This document shows positions 35,917-47,800 of a stretch of 64,000 nucleotides of DNA, in pieces. Position 1 is the first letter of the stretch. Each line of letters opens with the position of its first letter. The position numbers were made by a program, and so were the translations under genes. The stretch comes from an uncultured Pseudomonadota bacterium (GTDB taxonomy: Bacteria > Pseudomonadota > Alphaproteobacteria > Rs-D84): contig CAMYYT010000002.1 in NCBI GenBank assembly GCA_947303585.1, positions 2,326 through 66,325 on the forward strand, read 5' to 3'. Below the pieces are notes generated by a model. The model saw only the letters and a program-made list of their open reading frames with translations. It searched no databases and was not told the origin of the DNA.

Positions 35917-38196
35917 TCAGAACTGTGTTGCAAAAGACAACAAGAATCTGCGTTCATCATCGTATTTGTTAACTTTTAACGGCCATCCCCATGAAAAGTT
36001 CATAGGTCCCATAGTTGTATTCCAATAAATTCCTATACCCACAGATGTTCGCCAATCTTCATCAATATGAACATTCTGGGTTGTGGTACTTAAATTTTTC
36101 ATTGGCGGTTTACCCAAAATGCCATAGTCTGCAAATACGAAACCTTTGATTTGATATTCATCAGGAATAAATATCGGGAAGTTTAACTGAGTTGACCCAT
36201 TTGTGCGCCACAATCCACCCAAAGAATAAGAACCAAATCTGGAACCAACACCCGCGACATCAAAACCACGCAATGATTCACCACCCAAGAAATAACGATA
36301 CACACGTGGGATATAATCATCGCTGTCCAAAGATTGTAAATAACCAAATTCCCATGAAGATTTCAATTGCCATCTGTCATCAAAGAATTTAAGTAAACCT
36401 GTGATATCCGCACTATATCGCATAAATGTATTTGTTCCACCAAAACCAGTGTACGCAGCGCCAATATTACCAACTATACCAGTGTGCGTATTTTGTTGAA
36501 AATTAGTATTCAAATTGTAATAACGCAAATTTGTCCCCAAAGTATAAAGATTTGATTTATGCCAACCACCCAATTGTAAATCATAGTTTTGATCAAAAGT
36601 GGCAGATAAACGCATAGTTTGTGTCCAATGGTCTGTCAAGCGCCAACCCAATCTGCCCGCTACCATGAAAGAATCACGATCATAACCATAACCCCCAAGA
36701 CTTGAATATTTATATTGTGTATAAGATACATCAACACCACCAGACAGTTCACGATTGAATAAAAATGGTTCTGTAAAACTAAACAAAGCTTGTCTTTGAT
36801 ATTGTGCAATAGAACCTTTGATTTGAACTATTTGTCCGCGTCCCATAAAGTTATTTTCCGTAATTCCCGCATCAACCATAAATCCATTAATAGTAGACCA
36901 ACCCAAACCACCAGATAATTCGCCAGTTGGCTGTTCTTCAACTTTTACATCTAAATTCATCATATTTGCGTCAGCCAATCGCGTAGGAACCATTTGAACA
37001 TCTTTGAAATAACGCGTGTGCATTAAATTTTGACGACCTGTTTCAATCGTTTGTAGTGAAAAAGGGTCTCCTTCGCGCATAGGTAAATGATGTTCAATTA
37101 CATTATCAAAAGTGCGCACATTACCCAACAAGTTTATGCTGTTGATATAAATACGATTAGTCTTTTTAATTTCAAATTTGATGTCCACTGTTCGTGTATC
37201 ATCATGTTTTTCCGTTATCGGTTCAACACTTATAAAAGCATAACCATGGTCTGCAACTTTGCCACGAATTGCATTTATTGTTGCATCTATTTCATCGATG
37301 TTGTAAATGTCTTTTTTAGATATGGTCAAAGCTTTCTTTAATTCTTTGTCAGGCACATCATCAAAAGGATTGATTATAGAAATATCGCCAATTCTGTATT
37401 GTTCGCCTTCGTCCAAGGTATATTTCACAGAATAATATTCGCGTGATTCTGTAAAGTTCCCTTTGACATCAGTTATACGAAAATCAAGAAAACCATTGCG
37501 CATATAGAATTGATTTAACAATTGTTGGTCGTATTGAATTCTGTCTTCGTCATAAACATCGAATTGTGTCATAAAACGCCACCAAGCATGTTCGCGCGAC
37601 AGCAATTCTCCGCGCAAAGTCCGCGAACGAAACTTTTTGTTGTTTTCAAAATCTATATTTTCAATATAAGTAGGATGACCTTCTTTGATTTCATAAACAA
37701 CATTTACGCGATTGTTATCTAAATCAATTTTTTTTGGGTTTATTTTTGTTCCAAAAAAGCCTTTGCGTTGATACAAAGTTAATATGCGTTGAACATCGCC
37801 ACCAATCACAGATTTATCATATGAAGAGCGTTCTTTGGTTTTTATCTCTTTCTTTAAATCATCAGTATCAATTTCATCATTACCTTCGACTGTCACCATG
37901 TTCACAATCGGGGATTCGTCTACTTTGATTTTAAGAATATTACCGCTAAGAGACGCGTTCACAGATGAAAAATATCCGCTTGATTGCAATTTTTTTGCAA
38001 CATCATTAACAGTTTCTGAATTGATATTGTCGCCAACTTTGACTTCGGATAAAATGCGGATAGATTCATCGTCCATACGTTGATTACCGCTTACATCAAT
38101 GCGCGACACCACAGCTGCGTTCGCATTTGCAGAAAGCGCGATTGCGAACATACTTAATAAAGATATAAACCAATTTTTATTCATTGTGTTCTTCAA
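35917..38196 (-). CDS. bamA: Outer membrane protein assembly factor BamA
   Basis: Signal peptide, five POTRA-like repeats, C-terminal 16-strand barrel ending ..FATQF. Confidence 0.9.
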   Translation of the reverse strand: MKNTMNKNWFISLLSMFAIALSANANAAVVSRIDVSGNQRMDDESIRILSEVKVGDNINSETVNDVAKKLQSSGYFSSVNASLSGNILKIKVDESPIVNMVTVEGNDEIDTDDLKKEIKTKERSSYDKSVIGGDVQRILTLYQRKGFFGTKINPKKIDLDNNRVNVVYEIKEGHPTYIENIDFENNKKFRSRTLRGELLSREHAWWRFMTQFDVYDEDRIQYDQQLLNQFYMRNGFLDFRITDVKGNFTESREYYSVKYTLDEGEQYRIGDISIINPFDDVPDKELKKALTISKKDIYNIDEIDATINAIRGKVADHGYAFISVEPITEKHDDTRTVDIKFEIKKTNRIYINSINLLGNVRTFDNVIEHHLPMREGDPFSLQTIETGRQNLMHTRYFKDVQMVPTRLADANMMNLDVKVEEQPTGELSGGLGWSTINGFMVDAGITENNFMGRGQIVQIKGSIAQYQRQALFSFTEPFLFNRELSGGVDVSYTQYKYSSLGGYGYDRDSFMVAGRLGWRLTDHWTQTMRLSATFDQNYDLQLGGWHKSNLYTLGTNLRYYNLNTNFQQNTHTGIVGNIGAAYTGFGGTNTFMRYSADITGLLKFFDDRWQLKSSWEFGYLQSLDSDDYIPRVYRYFLGGESLRGFDVAGVGSRFGSYSLGGLWRTNGSTQLNFPIFIPDEYQIKGFVFADYGILGKPPMKNLSTTTQNVHIDEDWRTSVGIGIYWNTTMGPMNFSWGWPLKVNKYDDERRFLLSFATQF

Positions 38197-38420
38197 TTTT
38201 GTTGCTGTCTTAGGTTTATAAAACGAATATAATTGCGTAAATTCATTTTTTCATAAAGTTCTGAAACGACTGTACCCATAACGGAATCTTTATTTACAAA
38301 AGTAACAACATCGCCAAAGACCAGCATAACATCTTCATTTATTTGTTTTGCTAAATTAATCCCAGCTTGTATTTCTTGATGCGGTCTTTTGGTGCATGCA
38401 GAAATTTGTTTTGTTATCAT
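38193..38420 (-). CDS. Small hypothetical protein between rseP and bamA
   Basis: 75-aa ORF, 4-nt overlap with the bamA start. Confidence 0.3.
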   Translation of the reverse strand: MITKQISACTKRPHQEIQAGINLAKQINEDVMLVFGDVVTFVNKDSVMGTVVSELYEKMNLRNYIRFINLRQQQN

Positions 38421-38435
38421 GACAGGCTCCTTTGG

Positions 38436-39494
38436 TTAGTTTAATCCGAATACTCTTGCGATGTCGTTCCACATTGTGAACGCAAACAACAGCGCAATTA
38501 AAATCCAGCCAACTATAATAGTTATTTCCATAGCTTTGCCACCAAGTTTGCGATGGATGATTGCTTCAATGATTAAAATGAGCAAATACCCCCCATCCAA
38601 GACCGGCAAAGGCAGCAAGTTTATGACGCCTAAATTAACAGAAAGCAGGGCGATTATAGATAGAAATACAAAGAATCCTGCTTCCAAAGCGTGACCTGAT
38701 ACTTGGGCAATAGTAATAAATGAACCTAATTGCTTTGAAGAACGTTCGCCAGTTATGATTTGTTTTAATACAATCAACAATGTTTTTGATTGATGATATG
38801 TTTCGCGCAGCCCCCAATACCAAGCATTAAAAAATCCTTTCTTGCTGGTCGCAGTTTTACTGCCATCGGCAATCAGCCCCCACCGTTCTGCAGGAGCCAA
38901 AGTCACATTGACCAAATCACCATTGCGCGAAACCAACACATTTGCATTGTGTTTATCTGCTAATTCTTTTGCGATAATCAGTTCGCCCCAATTAGCAATA
39001 TGGGAATTATCGATTTTAACAATAATGTCGCCAGCCTTTACACCTGCATTAAAAGCGACGCTGTCGCGTACAACCTGACCAATAACGGGTAATTGAATAG
39101 TTCTTGAACGGAACATAAAATCAGCAGAATATATAGTCCATGCCAACATAAAATTCATAAATACCCCAGCAGCAATAATTATAAATTGCTTCCATGCAGG
39201 AACAGATAAATAATGCCCAATCTTTTTTGCTTTTGGCAGTGCAGCATATTTTTTACGATTGAACATATCTTCTTGACCGTATATAGAAACATATCCGCCA
39301 AGTGGTAAACAACACAATTTCCAAACGGTGTTATGTTTGTCTTTCCATTTAACTATTGCGGGTCCAAAGCCAATCGAAAAAGCATCTACACGAACGCCCG
39401 CCCAGCGAGCTGCCAAAAAATGTCCAGCTTCGTGAATAAAAACTACTACGCCTAAAACGATTAGCAAAGCGACAATTGTTATAATGGTATGCAT
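38436..39494 (-). CDS. rseP: RIP metalloprotease RseP (site-2 protease)
   Basis: HEAGHFLAAR zinc motif, PDZ domain, LDGG motif. Confidence 0.85.
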   Translation of the reverse strand: MHTIITIVALLIVLGVVVFIHEAGHFLAARWAGVRVDAFSIGFGPAIVKWKDKHNTVWKLCCLPLGGYVSIYGQEDMFNRKKYAALPKAKKIGHYLSVPAWKQFIIIAAGVFMNFMLAWTIYSADFMFRSRTIQLPVIGQVVRDSVAFNAGVKAGDIIVKIDNSHIANWGELIIAKELADKHNANVLVSRNGDLVNVTLAPAERWGLIADGSKTATSKKGFFNAWYWGLRETYHQSKTLLIVLKQIITGERSSKQLGSFITIAQVSGHALEAGFFVFLSIIALLSVNLGVINLLPLPVLDGGYLLILIIEAIIHRKLGGKAMEITIIVGWILIALLFAFTMWNDIARVFGLN

Positions 39495-39522
39495 CTTCCT
39501 TTTTCCTTATCTTTACCGTTAT

Positions 39523-40191
39523 TTAAATAAAAAACCACATGAAAGGCAAGACATAAATCCAGCCGTCAAATCTGTCAAGTATCCCGCCATGCCCAGGTAA
39601 CATATTTCCAAAATCTTTTATGCCCAAACACCTTTTGATAAAACTGGCAGTCAAATCACCATACTGCGACATCAGCGCGATAGAACAACCAAACAATACT
39701 GCGAACAAGCAATTTGTATCAAATGGTCTGTATTGCAGGAAATAAAGCAAAGACATCCCGGTCCCGCAGATTATACCACCAATTTGCCCCGCCCAAGTTT
39801 TTTTTGCAGATAATCTTTCCCACAATTTGTCGCCACCAAAAATGAGTCCAAAAAGCCACCCACCAACATCAGCTCCAACAATAATCAATAACAACCAGAG
39901 CATAATGCGTGGGCGCGCCCCGACAAAATATACAGCCACCAACATCAAAAACAGCCACAATAAAAAACTAATAAAATAGAATGAATTTTTATTAAAGGTT
40001 TCAGAATCTGTGGCATTTAGACACTTGAACATTTCAGCAATTGCACCAACCATAATTAAAACGCCAGCCCATCGCGCAGCATGCCAAGCAGGGAAGTTTA
40101 CTTCCAAAGCAATAATGCCAATCAAAGCCACCAGCATCCCAGCAGCCGACACAAATCTTAACACAGTATTAGATAAATCGCTTATTTTCAT
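39523..40191 (-). CDS. cdsA: Phosphatidate cytidylyltransferase
   Basis: Multi-TM protein with C-terminal CTP-transferase signature ..GDLTASFIKRCLGIKDFGNMLPGHGGILDRFD. Confidence 0.8.
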   Translation of the reverse strand: MKISDLSNTVLRFVSAAGMLVALIGIIALEVNFPAWHAARWAGVLIMVGAIAEMFKCLNATDSETFNKNSFYFISFLLWLFLMLVAVYFVGARPRIMLWLLLIIVGADVGGWLFGLIFGGDKLWERLSAKKTWAGQIGGIICGTGMSLLYFLQYRPFDTNCLFAVLFGCSIALMSQYGDLTASFIKRCLGIKDFGNMLPGHGGILDRFDGWIYVLPFMWFFI

Positions 40192-40949
40192 TTTTGTTTT
40201 CCTGAATAATTTTTCTTTTTACCACCACCAAAACGGCGATCGCGTTTTTGATATTCTTCTAAAACATGTTGCCACAATTTTTCAGATCTGATTAAATCAG
40301 GCCAATGTTCTGGAATAAATAACAATTCTGCATAGGCTAATTTCCAAAGCAAGAAATTAGAAATTCTGTTTTCGTTACTTGTCCGAACCATCAAATCTAC
40401 AGGCAACAATTCGCCAGTATCTAAATAAGTCTCAAAAGATTCTTTTGTCACAGGCTTGCCATCTTCAATCGCAGCATTTACTGCGCGCACAATTTCATCT
40501 TGTCCACCGTAATTCAAAGCGAAAGCAACTGTTCCGCCAGTGTTTTCTGCGGACTTTTCTTCCAATTCATCACAAAGTTTAGCCAACTTTTTTGGCAATC
40601 TCTCGCGAGAACCCACAACACGATAGCGCAGATTTTTTTCTGTGGCGTGTTTAATGTTTTTTTCAAGTTCTGTACAAAACAAATCCATCAAGAAATTAAC
40701 TTCTTCATCTGAACGATTCCAATTTTCCGTGGAAAACAGATAGAAAGTTACTGTAGAAACACCGTGTCCAATAAACCAATCAACCATATTTTCAAAATTA
40801 GAAATACCTGCACGATGACCTTCTAATGGTGGCAAACCGCGCATCTCGGCCCATCTGCGATTTCCATCGCAAATAAAAGCAATATGTTGAGGTATTTTCT
40901 TCAAAGTCTTTTCTGATTCTTGGGTGTGTTTTTTGAAAAATTTTAGCAT
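40188..40949 (-). CDS. uppS: Undecaprenyl diphosphate synthase (isoprenyl transferase)
   Basis: HIAFICDGNRRWA.., ..GGQDEIV.. ATG 40949 chosen (253 aa) over the far-upstream alternative start. Confidence 0.85.
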   Translation of the reverse strand: MLKFFKKHTQESEKTLKKIPQHIAFICDGNRRWAEMRGLPPLEGHRAGISNFENMVDWFIGHGVSTVTFYLFSTENWNRSDEEVNFLMDLFCTELEKNIKHATEKNLRYRVVGSRERLPKKLAKLCDELEEKSAENTGGTVAFALNYGGQDEIVRAVNAAIEDGKPVTKESFETYLDTGELLPVDLMVRTSNENRISNFLLWKLAYAELLFIPEHWPDLIRSEKLWQHVLEEYQKRDRRFGGGKKKNYSGKQK

Positions 40950-40992
40950 TTTTGAAATCCCTTTATATAAAATGTTAAGTTTTATATCTTTG

Positions 40993-41553
40993 TTATACAG
41001 ACATAATATCTGCTTCTTTTTGTTTAAGCATCGCATCAACTTCGCCAGCGCGTGCATCGAATACTTTCTGAATATCTTCTTCGTATTTGCGTTGGTCGTC
41101 TTCGGAAATTTCTTTGTCGGTTACAGCGCGTTTAATTTTGCCCATAGCATCTTGGCGAATATTGCGCATAGAAATCTTAGCTTCTTCAGCGTATTTTCCA
41201 GCGACTTTTGTTAATTCGCGTCTGCGTTCTTCTGTCAAAGGCGGCATATTAAGACGGATAACACCACCAGCAGTCATTGGATTTAATCCCAACCCCGAAT
41301 CGCGAATCGCTTTTTCAACCAATGGTGCGTTTGTAATGTCCCATACGGTCACAGACAAAGTCTGATTATCAGGTGTTGATACAGTAGCAACTTGATTCAA
41401 TGGAATTTCAGACCCGTATGCAGGCACTTTGACGCCGTCCAACAAATGCACAGAAGCACGACCTGTGCGCAATCCAGCAAATTCATTTTGTAAAACTTCT
41501 AATGTTTGAGCCGTCTTTTGTTCGGCTTCGGATTTAAGAGAAGAATAATCCAT
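40993..41553 (-). CDS. frr: Ribosome recycling factor
   Basis: MDYSSLKSEAEQKTAQTLEVLQNEFAGLRTGRAS.. RBS AAGGAG before ATG 41553 (186 aa). Confidence 0.85.
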   Translation of the reverse strand: MDYSSLKSEAEQKTAQTLEVLQNEFAGLRTGRASVHLLDGVKVPAYGSEIPLNQVATVSTPDNQTLSVTVWDITNAPLVEKAIRDSGLGLNPMTAGGVIRLNMPPLTEERRRELTKVAGKYAEEAKISMRNIRQDAMGKIKRAVTDKEISEDDQRKYEEDIQKVFDARAGEVDAMLKQKEADIMSV

Positions 41554-41643
41554 AAAATACTCCTTAAGATATAACCTAAGACAAAGGTTAGCAAAATGAT
41601 TTGACTTTTTGCAAGAAGAAATATAAAATAAGTTTCGCCGCAT

Positions 41644-41719
41644 GGGGTTGTAGCTCAGTTGGTAGAGCACTTGCATGGCATGCAAGGGGTCGTCAGTTCG
41701 AGTCTGATCAGCTCCACCA
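41644..41719 (+). tRNA. tRNA-Ala (anticodon GGC)
   Basis: GGGGTTG acceptor with G3:U70, anticodon loop ATGGCAT, T-loop TTCGAGT, CCA encoded. Confidence 0.85.
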
Positions 41720-41728
41720 AAAAGTTAT

Positions 41729-41806
41729 GGCGGGTGTAGCTCAGTTGGTTAGAGCGTCGGTTTGTGGTACCGAATGTCGCCAGTTCGAATCTGGTCACCC
41801 GCCCCA
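41729..41806 (+). tRNA. tRNA-His (anticodon GTG)
   Basis: Extra G-1 before GCGGGTG acceptor, anticodon loop TTGTGGT, discriminator C, CCA encoded. Confidence 0.85.
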
Positions 41807-41812
41807 TAAATA

Positions 41813-41838
41813 AAAATCGCCCATTTGGGCGATTTTTT
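41813..41838. terminator. Bidirectional rho-independent terminator
   Basis: AAAATCGCCCAtttgGGCGATTTTTT. Also overlaps the stop of the giant minus-strand gene. Confidence 0.7.
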
Positions 41839-44800
41839 AATTACCAGTTCGTATTTGCCATTTGATTTTATAACCTGTCCGGGCAGTTGCGCTGCTTGGT
41901 ATAGTCAAATGTTCATCATAATAACATTGATTGGTTTCCAGATTATTATTTCCATCATACCAAGTAATGCTGTAAGAATTCGGATTGCAAGGTGGTGCAG
42001 AATTTGGACCATAACTTCCAAACAAAGCGGTTTCGTATTCGCCATTTGAATTTTCTGGTTGGAAAAGAACTTGTATGCACCGTTCTGTGCAAGTTGTCGC
42101 ACAGCTGTTTTGGTCTCCAAAAGCATCCCAATACACCCAATTTGTATCACTGACACTCACTGCAGACGAACCATTAAGATGATATCCGGTCATATTGCAC
42201 CAACATTCTTTGCCAACGCTTAATGTATTAAATGTTCCATTGGTTTTCGGTTCAAACAAATCACCAGATGTAGAATTGCATGACGAACGTCCTTGGATTT
42301 TTGTTCCATTACTGTACACCAATTCAAAAGTTCCTTTGTTCAAACTCGTTGCATCGCCACCAAAGAATTCACCCGTTCCGCTTTGGGTTGAACTATCATT
42401 AGATTTAAATTTGGTTGCAGACAAATTCAAATTTCTAGATGCGTTTATGTAATTAACCAACGGACCATCTGACCAGGGGGTTGTTGCAGTATAACCAGCA
42501 TTGCAGGTAAATGAAGATATAGCACATGCGCCGATTGATTCTGTTTGGGCAACTGTTCCTGGATCGTATATTCTGGTTGCGGCAGTACTGTTTGCATATG
42601 TCACATTCGCACCACGCACAGGATTTATTACCGAACATAAAAGTGTCGCAGGAGATCTGTAGCAGAAAGCAACATCCCTGCTGCCAGCGTCAGAATATGG
42701 GAATTCGCTTGGGCAATCAGATAAACCTTGGGCAAAACTTACTTTTTCCCAAGTTCCGCCAGGGCACCAATGGTTTTGGGGACATGTTGCACACACTGTT
42801 GCATTTGCCGGTAAATATTCACCAGGTGCGCAAGTATACGTTGGTACCGGTGCACCACAAGATTTATTCATCCCAAATGAACCAAATTCGGGTGCTAAGG
42901 CAAGCTGCATGGCACATGCGTTTGCACATTTTTTTTCACAGATACTTATATCAATAAAGTCAGTTTTGAATAGTCTTTCTGCGGGATTTACGGATACTGT
43001 ATTGCCGCTGCCAATTTTATAACTTGTTAAATCGCAATTACAATCATATTTTCCGTTGGCATTAACAGCACACGAAGCGGTTCCGGTAATATCCAATTCA
43101 TTCCAATATACTAACCTGAATGTTCCATTTGTCATGCCGGTTGAATCTCCATAATTCCCGTTAGCACCGCTGCTGTTGTCACTACTGCCATCTATTGCAC
43201 GGTAATAAATATTATGGTTAGAAGTCGAGCTTGGCATACCATACAATGGCGATTCATAATTTGCCAAAGGTCCATCAGTTCCAACTAAAACTTCGCCTGC
43301 ATTACTGCAAGTTGCACCAGTCACCGCACAACCACCAAATGGGGTAACCACACTTCCGCCACCATAATAGTTTCTTTGTGTCACAGGACTGTTCGCATAA
43401 GATACAGATGTCGTATTTAATATTTTCACAAGCGTCGAACAGTCTACGCCTGTTTTATCGTAATAACAAAATGTAACATCTGTCGTTCCTGCATCAGAAG
43501 AAGGATGGTCATCAGGACAAGATTCTCTGCCGTAAGGTTTGTTGGCTGAGATATTGCTGGCAGGTACATCGGTAAAGCCTGGACAATAATAACCAGCCTC
43601 ACAAAGTGTACAAGTTGTTGAATTTGCCGGAAAATAATACCCGGGATCGCAAGAATAGGTTTGTTCTACGCATGCCATCTGTTCACCGTATTCCCCAATA
43701 ATATTGGTTCTGACCGTAGTGTTAGACATAAAATAGGCAACGCATTGTTCTGCGCAATTATCTGTGCAAGTAGCCGGGGACCGTATTGGTACATACACAG
43801 AATTCGCATCGTTAACAGACGTGCTGCCATTACCAATGTCATAACCCGTCATTTGACACCAGCAATACGTATCTGTGCCACCGGCTTTTGCCCCCCCAGA
43901 ATTACCAGATTTAGTTTTGGGAGTGGCTTCTTTATATTCACCAGCGCTGGTACCAGCTGTTGAATTACATGTGGCATCAAGATATATTTGGGTACCATCA
44001 CTCCACGTGATAACGGCAGTTCCATCTGTCATACCGGTTGAATCGCCAAATCCGTTTGCAACACCACTGTTTGCGCCACTGTTACCACTTGCTGCCCTAT
44101 AAAGAGTGCTACTCTTTGAAATACTGTGTGCCTGGTTGACATAGTTTGCCAATGGGCCATTTGATGATGGTTCTTTGACATATCCAGTATCACAAGACAA
44201 ACTGATAATTTCACATGCGCCAATATCTTCCGTTTCTCGACCGGCGTCACTATAAGTGATAGAGCCACTTGATGAATTTGCATAAGTCGCTGTCCCGTTT
44301 GATACAGGATTTATTTTGGAACAAGAATAACTTCCGCTGGTCGAATAACATTGTTGTAGAAAACTTGAACCTGCGTCAGAGTTTGGATATTTAACATTAC
44401 ACGCGATTTTGCCTTGATCATCACTGTCGTTATATGGATAAATTCCACCCGGACAATAGTAGTTTGCCGGACATCCGATGCAGGATGTTGCGTTTTTCGG
44501 TAAATATTGCCCCGCAGGACAAATTATTTGCATAGTTGCCGAACATTCGCCAGAACTGGCCGTCCCAGGTAAAGAATATGGTGTAGAAGTCGGACAAGGG
44601 TACAAACCTTGGTCATCGTCTTCGTCCAGTTCAACATCTGTGACACCTGGGCAATAATAATCTGATGGACAAAGCGCGCAATCTTCGGAATCAGCAGGTA
44701 AATAATAACCTGCATCACAACTGTATGTGAATCCTTGGGGACCTTTGGCACCGTATTTAAAATTACCACCATTACAAGATTTCGCCTTTGGGCAAGATTG

Positions 44801-47800
44801 ACATTTTGTACTTTTTTCTGGCAAATATTCGCCTGCCTCACATTTCGCAGCATAACAATCATCGGCACTTTTTGCACCCAAATCAGACAAAGGGTTGTTT
44901 GAATCTACTTTGGAACATTCGGACAGTCCTTGGTCTTCTTTGTCGTTAAAAGATAATCCTTTGGCACCACTGCAAAAATACCCTTCCCAACAAGGGTCAC
45001 ATTGTGTGCTGCCAGCTTTTAAAAGTTCACCTTCGGCACAATTAATTGTTGCGCTGCATTGTGTGGACGAAGTGGCACCCGCCGGTGAAAACGGTGTTGA
45101 TGTATCGCATTTCGTTATACCTTGGGTTGAAGTGTTATTGGTAAATGTCCCCCCAACACAATAATTTCCCGACGGGCATATGCTGCATACAAATGTTCCG
45201 CCCCCCAGATACGTTCCTGCCAAACAAACAAGGTTTGCCTTGCAATCGCTGCTATCGTCAGAACCAGATTCCGAGAACGGGCTTGTTGTTGGGCATTTTT
45301 CTATACCTTGGTCGTTTGTTTCGCTATATGAATATTTCCCCCCTTTGCAATAAGAACCGGATGGACAAATGTCGCATTTATCAAAGCCCATTGGCAAATA
45401 ATACCCAGTCTCGCAATCAATAGTGTCTGTCTTGGCATAACAATCACTTTCGCCTTTTGCACCCGGGTTTGAATAAGGTGCTGTTGTTGGGCATTGGCTT
45501 AAGCCCTGATCTTTATCCTGACCTTTGTAAAATCCGCCACCTTTGCAATAATATCCTCCCAAACATTCTGCGCATTCATAATCTTTATCTTTTGGCAGAT
45601 ATTCCCCAGCGTTGCAAGTGATGTCGTATATCGTGGCATAACAATCACTTTCACTTTTTGCACCCGGGTTTGAATAAGGTGCTGTTGTTGGGCATTGGTC
45701 TAAGCCATGTTCTTTGTCATCTGGGGTCCATGTGCCACCTTTGCAGTAATATTTTATCCAACATGTTTCACATTTATTGTCCTTGGATAAAAATTCCCCA
45801 GCGCTGCAAGTGATGTCGGTTGTCTTGGCATAACAATCACCATCGCCTTTTGCACCTTTATCAGAATAAGGTTTGTCATCTGGGCATTGGGTTAAACCTT
45901 GGTGGTTTTTATCGTCATACGAATAAGGGCTTTTTGTTCCATCACAATAATAGCCTTCCCAACAAGATTCACAATCTGTTTTTTCTACGGGCAAAAATTC
46001 ACCTTCGGCACAATTAATTGTTGCACTGCATTGTGTGGACGAAGTGGCACCCGCCGGTGAAAACGGTGTTGATGTATCGCATTTCGTTATACCTTGGGTT
46101 GAAGTGTTATTGGTAAATGTCCCCCCAACACAATAATTTCCCGACGGGCATATGCTGCATACAAATGTTCCGCCCCCCAGATACGTTCCTGCCAAACAAA
46201 CAAGGTTTGCCTTGCAATCGCTGCTATCGTCAGAACCAGATTCCGAGAACGGGCTTGTTGTTGGGCATTTTTCTATACCTTGGTCGTTTGTTTCGCTATA
46301 TGGATATTTTCCCCCTTTGCAATAAGAACCAGCAGGACAAGTTCTACAATCGGAGTATGAAAAGGCCGGCAAAAATTCACCCGCTTTACATGTGACCGTG
46401 TCAAAGCAAGAATTTTCATCCGAAGCGCCGATTTTTGAGTAAGGTGCTGTTGTTGGACATTTTTCTATACCTTGATCTTTGGTATTATCAACCGTAACAC
46501 CCTTAATACCACTGCAATAAGAACCAATCGGACAAATGACGCATTTGTTATCGCCTTTGGGTAAATAAGACCCAGTGTCACAACCAATAGTGTCTGTCTT
46601 GGCATAACAATCACCTTTGCCTTTTGCACCTTTATCAGAATAAGGTGTTGCCTCTGGACATTGGTTTAAGCCATGTTCTTTGTCATCTGGGGTCCACGTG
46701 CCACCTTTGCAGTAATAATTTGCCCAACATGTTTCACATTTATTGTCCTTGGATAAAAATTCCCCCGCACCGCAAGTGATGTCGGTTGTCTTGCCATAAC
46801 AATCACCTTCGCCTTTCGCACCTTTATCAGAATAAGGTGCTGTTGTTGGGCATTGGGTTAAACCTTGGTCGTTTTTATCATCATACGAATAAGGGCTTTT
46901 TGTTCCATCACAAAAATATCCTTCCTGACAATCTGTGCACTGAATACCACCTTTCGCCAAAAATACACCGGCACCACAATCAATTGTCGCGCTGCATTGT
47001 GTGGACGAAGTAGCGCCGTCCGGTGAAAACGGTGTCGCGGTATCGCATTTCGTCATACCTTGGGTTGCGGTGTTATTGGTAAATGTTCCGCCACTGCACC
47101 AATAACCAGCCGGACAAGTTGAACAGGTTAGCATGCTTTCCCCCAGATACGTTCCTGCCAAACAAACAAGGTTTGCCTTGCAATCGCTGCTATCGTCAGA
47201 ACCAGATTCCGAGAACGGGCTTGTTGTTGGACATTGTTCTATACCTTGGTCGCCTGTTTCACTATATGGGTATTTTCCCCCTTTGCAATAAGAACCTGCA
47301 GGACAAGTTTTACAATCAGAGTATGAAAAGGCCGGCAAAAATTCACCATTCTTACATGTGGTCGTGTCAAAGCAAGAATTTTCATCTGAAGAGCCGATTT
47401 TTGAGTAAGGTGCTGTTGTTGGGCATTTTTCTATACCTTGGTCTTTGGTATTATCAACCGTAACACCCTTAATACCACTGCAATAAGAACCAATCGGACA
47501 AATGACGCATTTGTTATCGCCTTTGGGTAAATAAGACCCAGTGTCACAACCAATAGTGTCTGTCTTGGCATAACAATCACCTTTGCCTTTTGCACCTTTA
47601 TCAGAATAAGGTGTTGCCTCTGGACATTGGTTTAAGCCATGTTCTTTGTCATCTGGGGTCCACGTGCCACCTTTGCAGTAATAATTTTCCCGACACGTTT
47701 CGCATCCGCCTTCTTTACTTAAAAATTCCCCCGCGTCACAAGTGATGTCGGCACCAAATGCATTAAATGTAAACAAACTAAACAAAGCCAAAAGTGGCGT

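Noticed and set aside
35766-35960. 64-aa minus-strand ORF overlapping the bamA stop
   Set aside because: Overlaps bamA and has no RBS. A different frame in the same interval gives a 51-aa lipoprotein with a strong RBS, which I annotated instead.
45145-47463. Plus-strand ORFs 45145-45423, 45820-46017, 46117-46395, 46786-47013 and 47083-47463, lying antisense inside the giant gene
   Set aside because: They sit entirely within the 1994-aa minus-strand gene and repeat only because the underlying DNA is tandemly repeated. Low-complexity products, no RBS.
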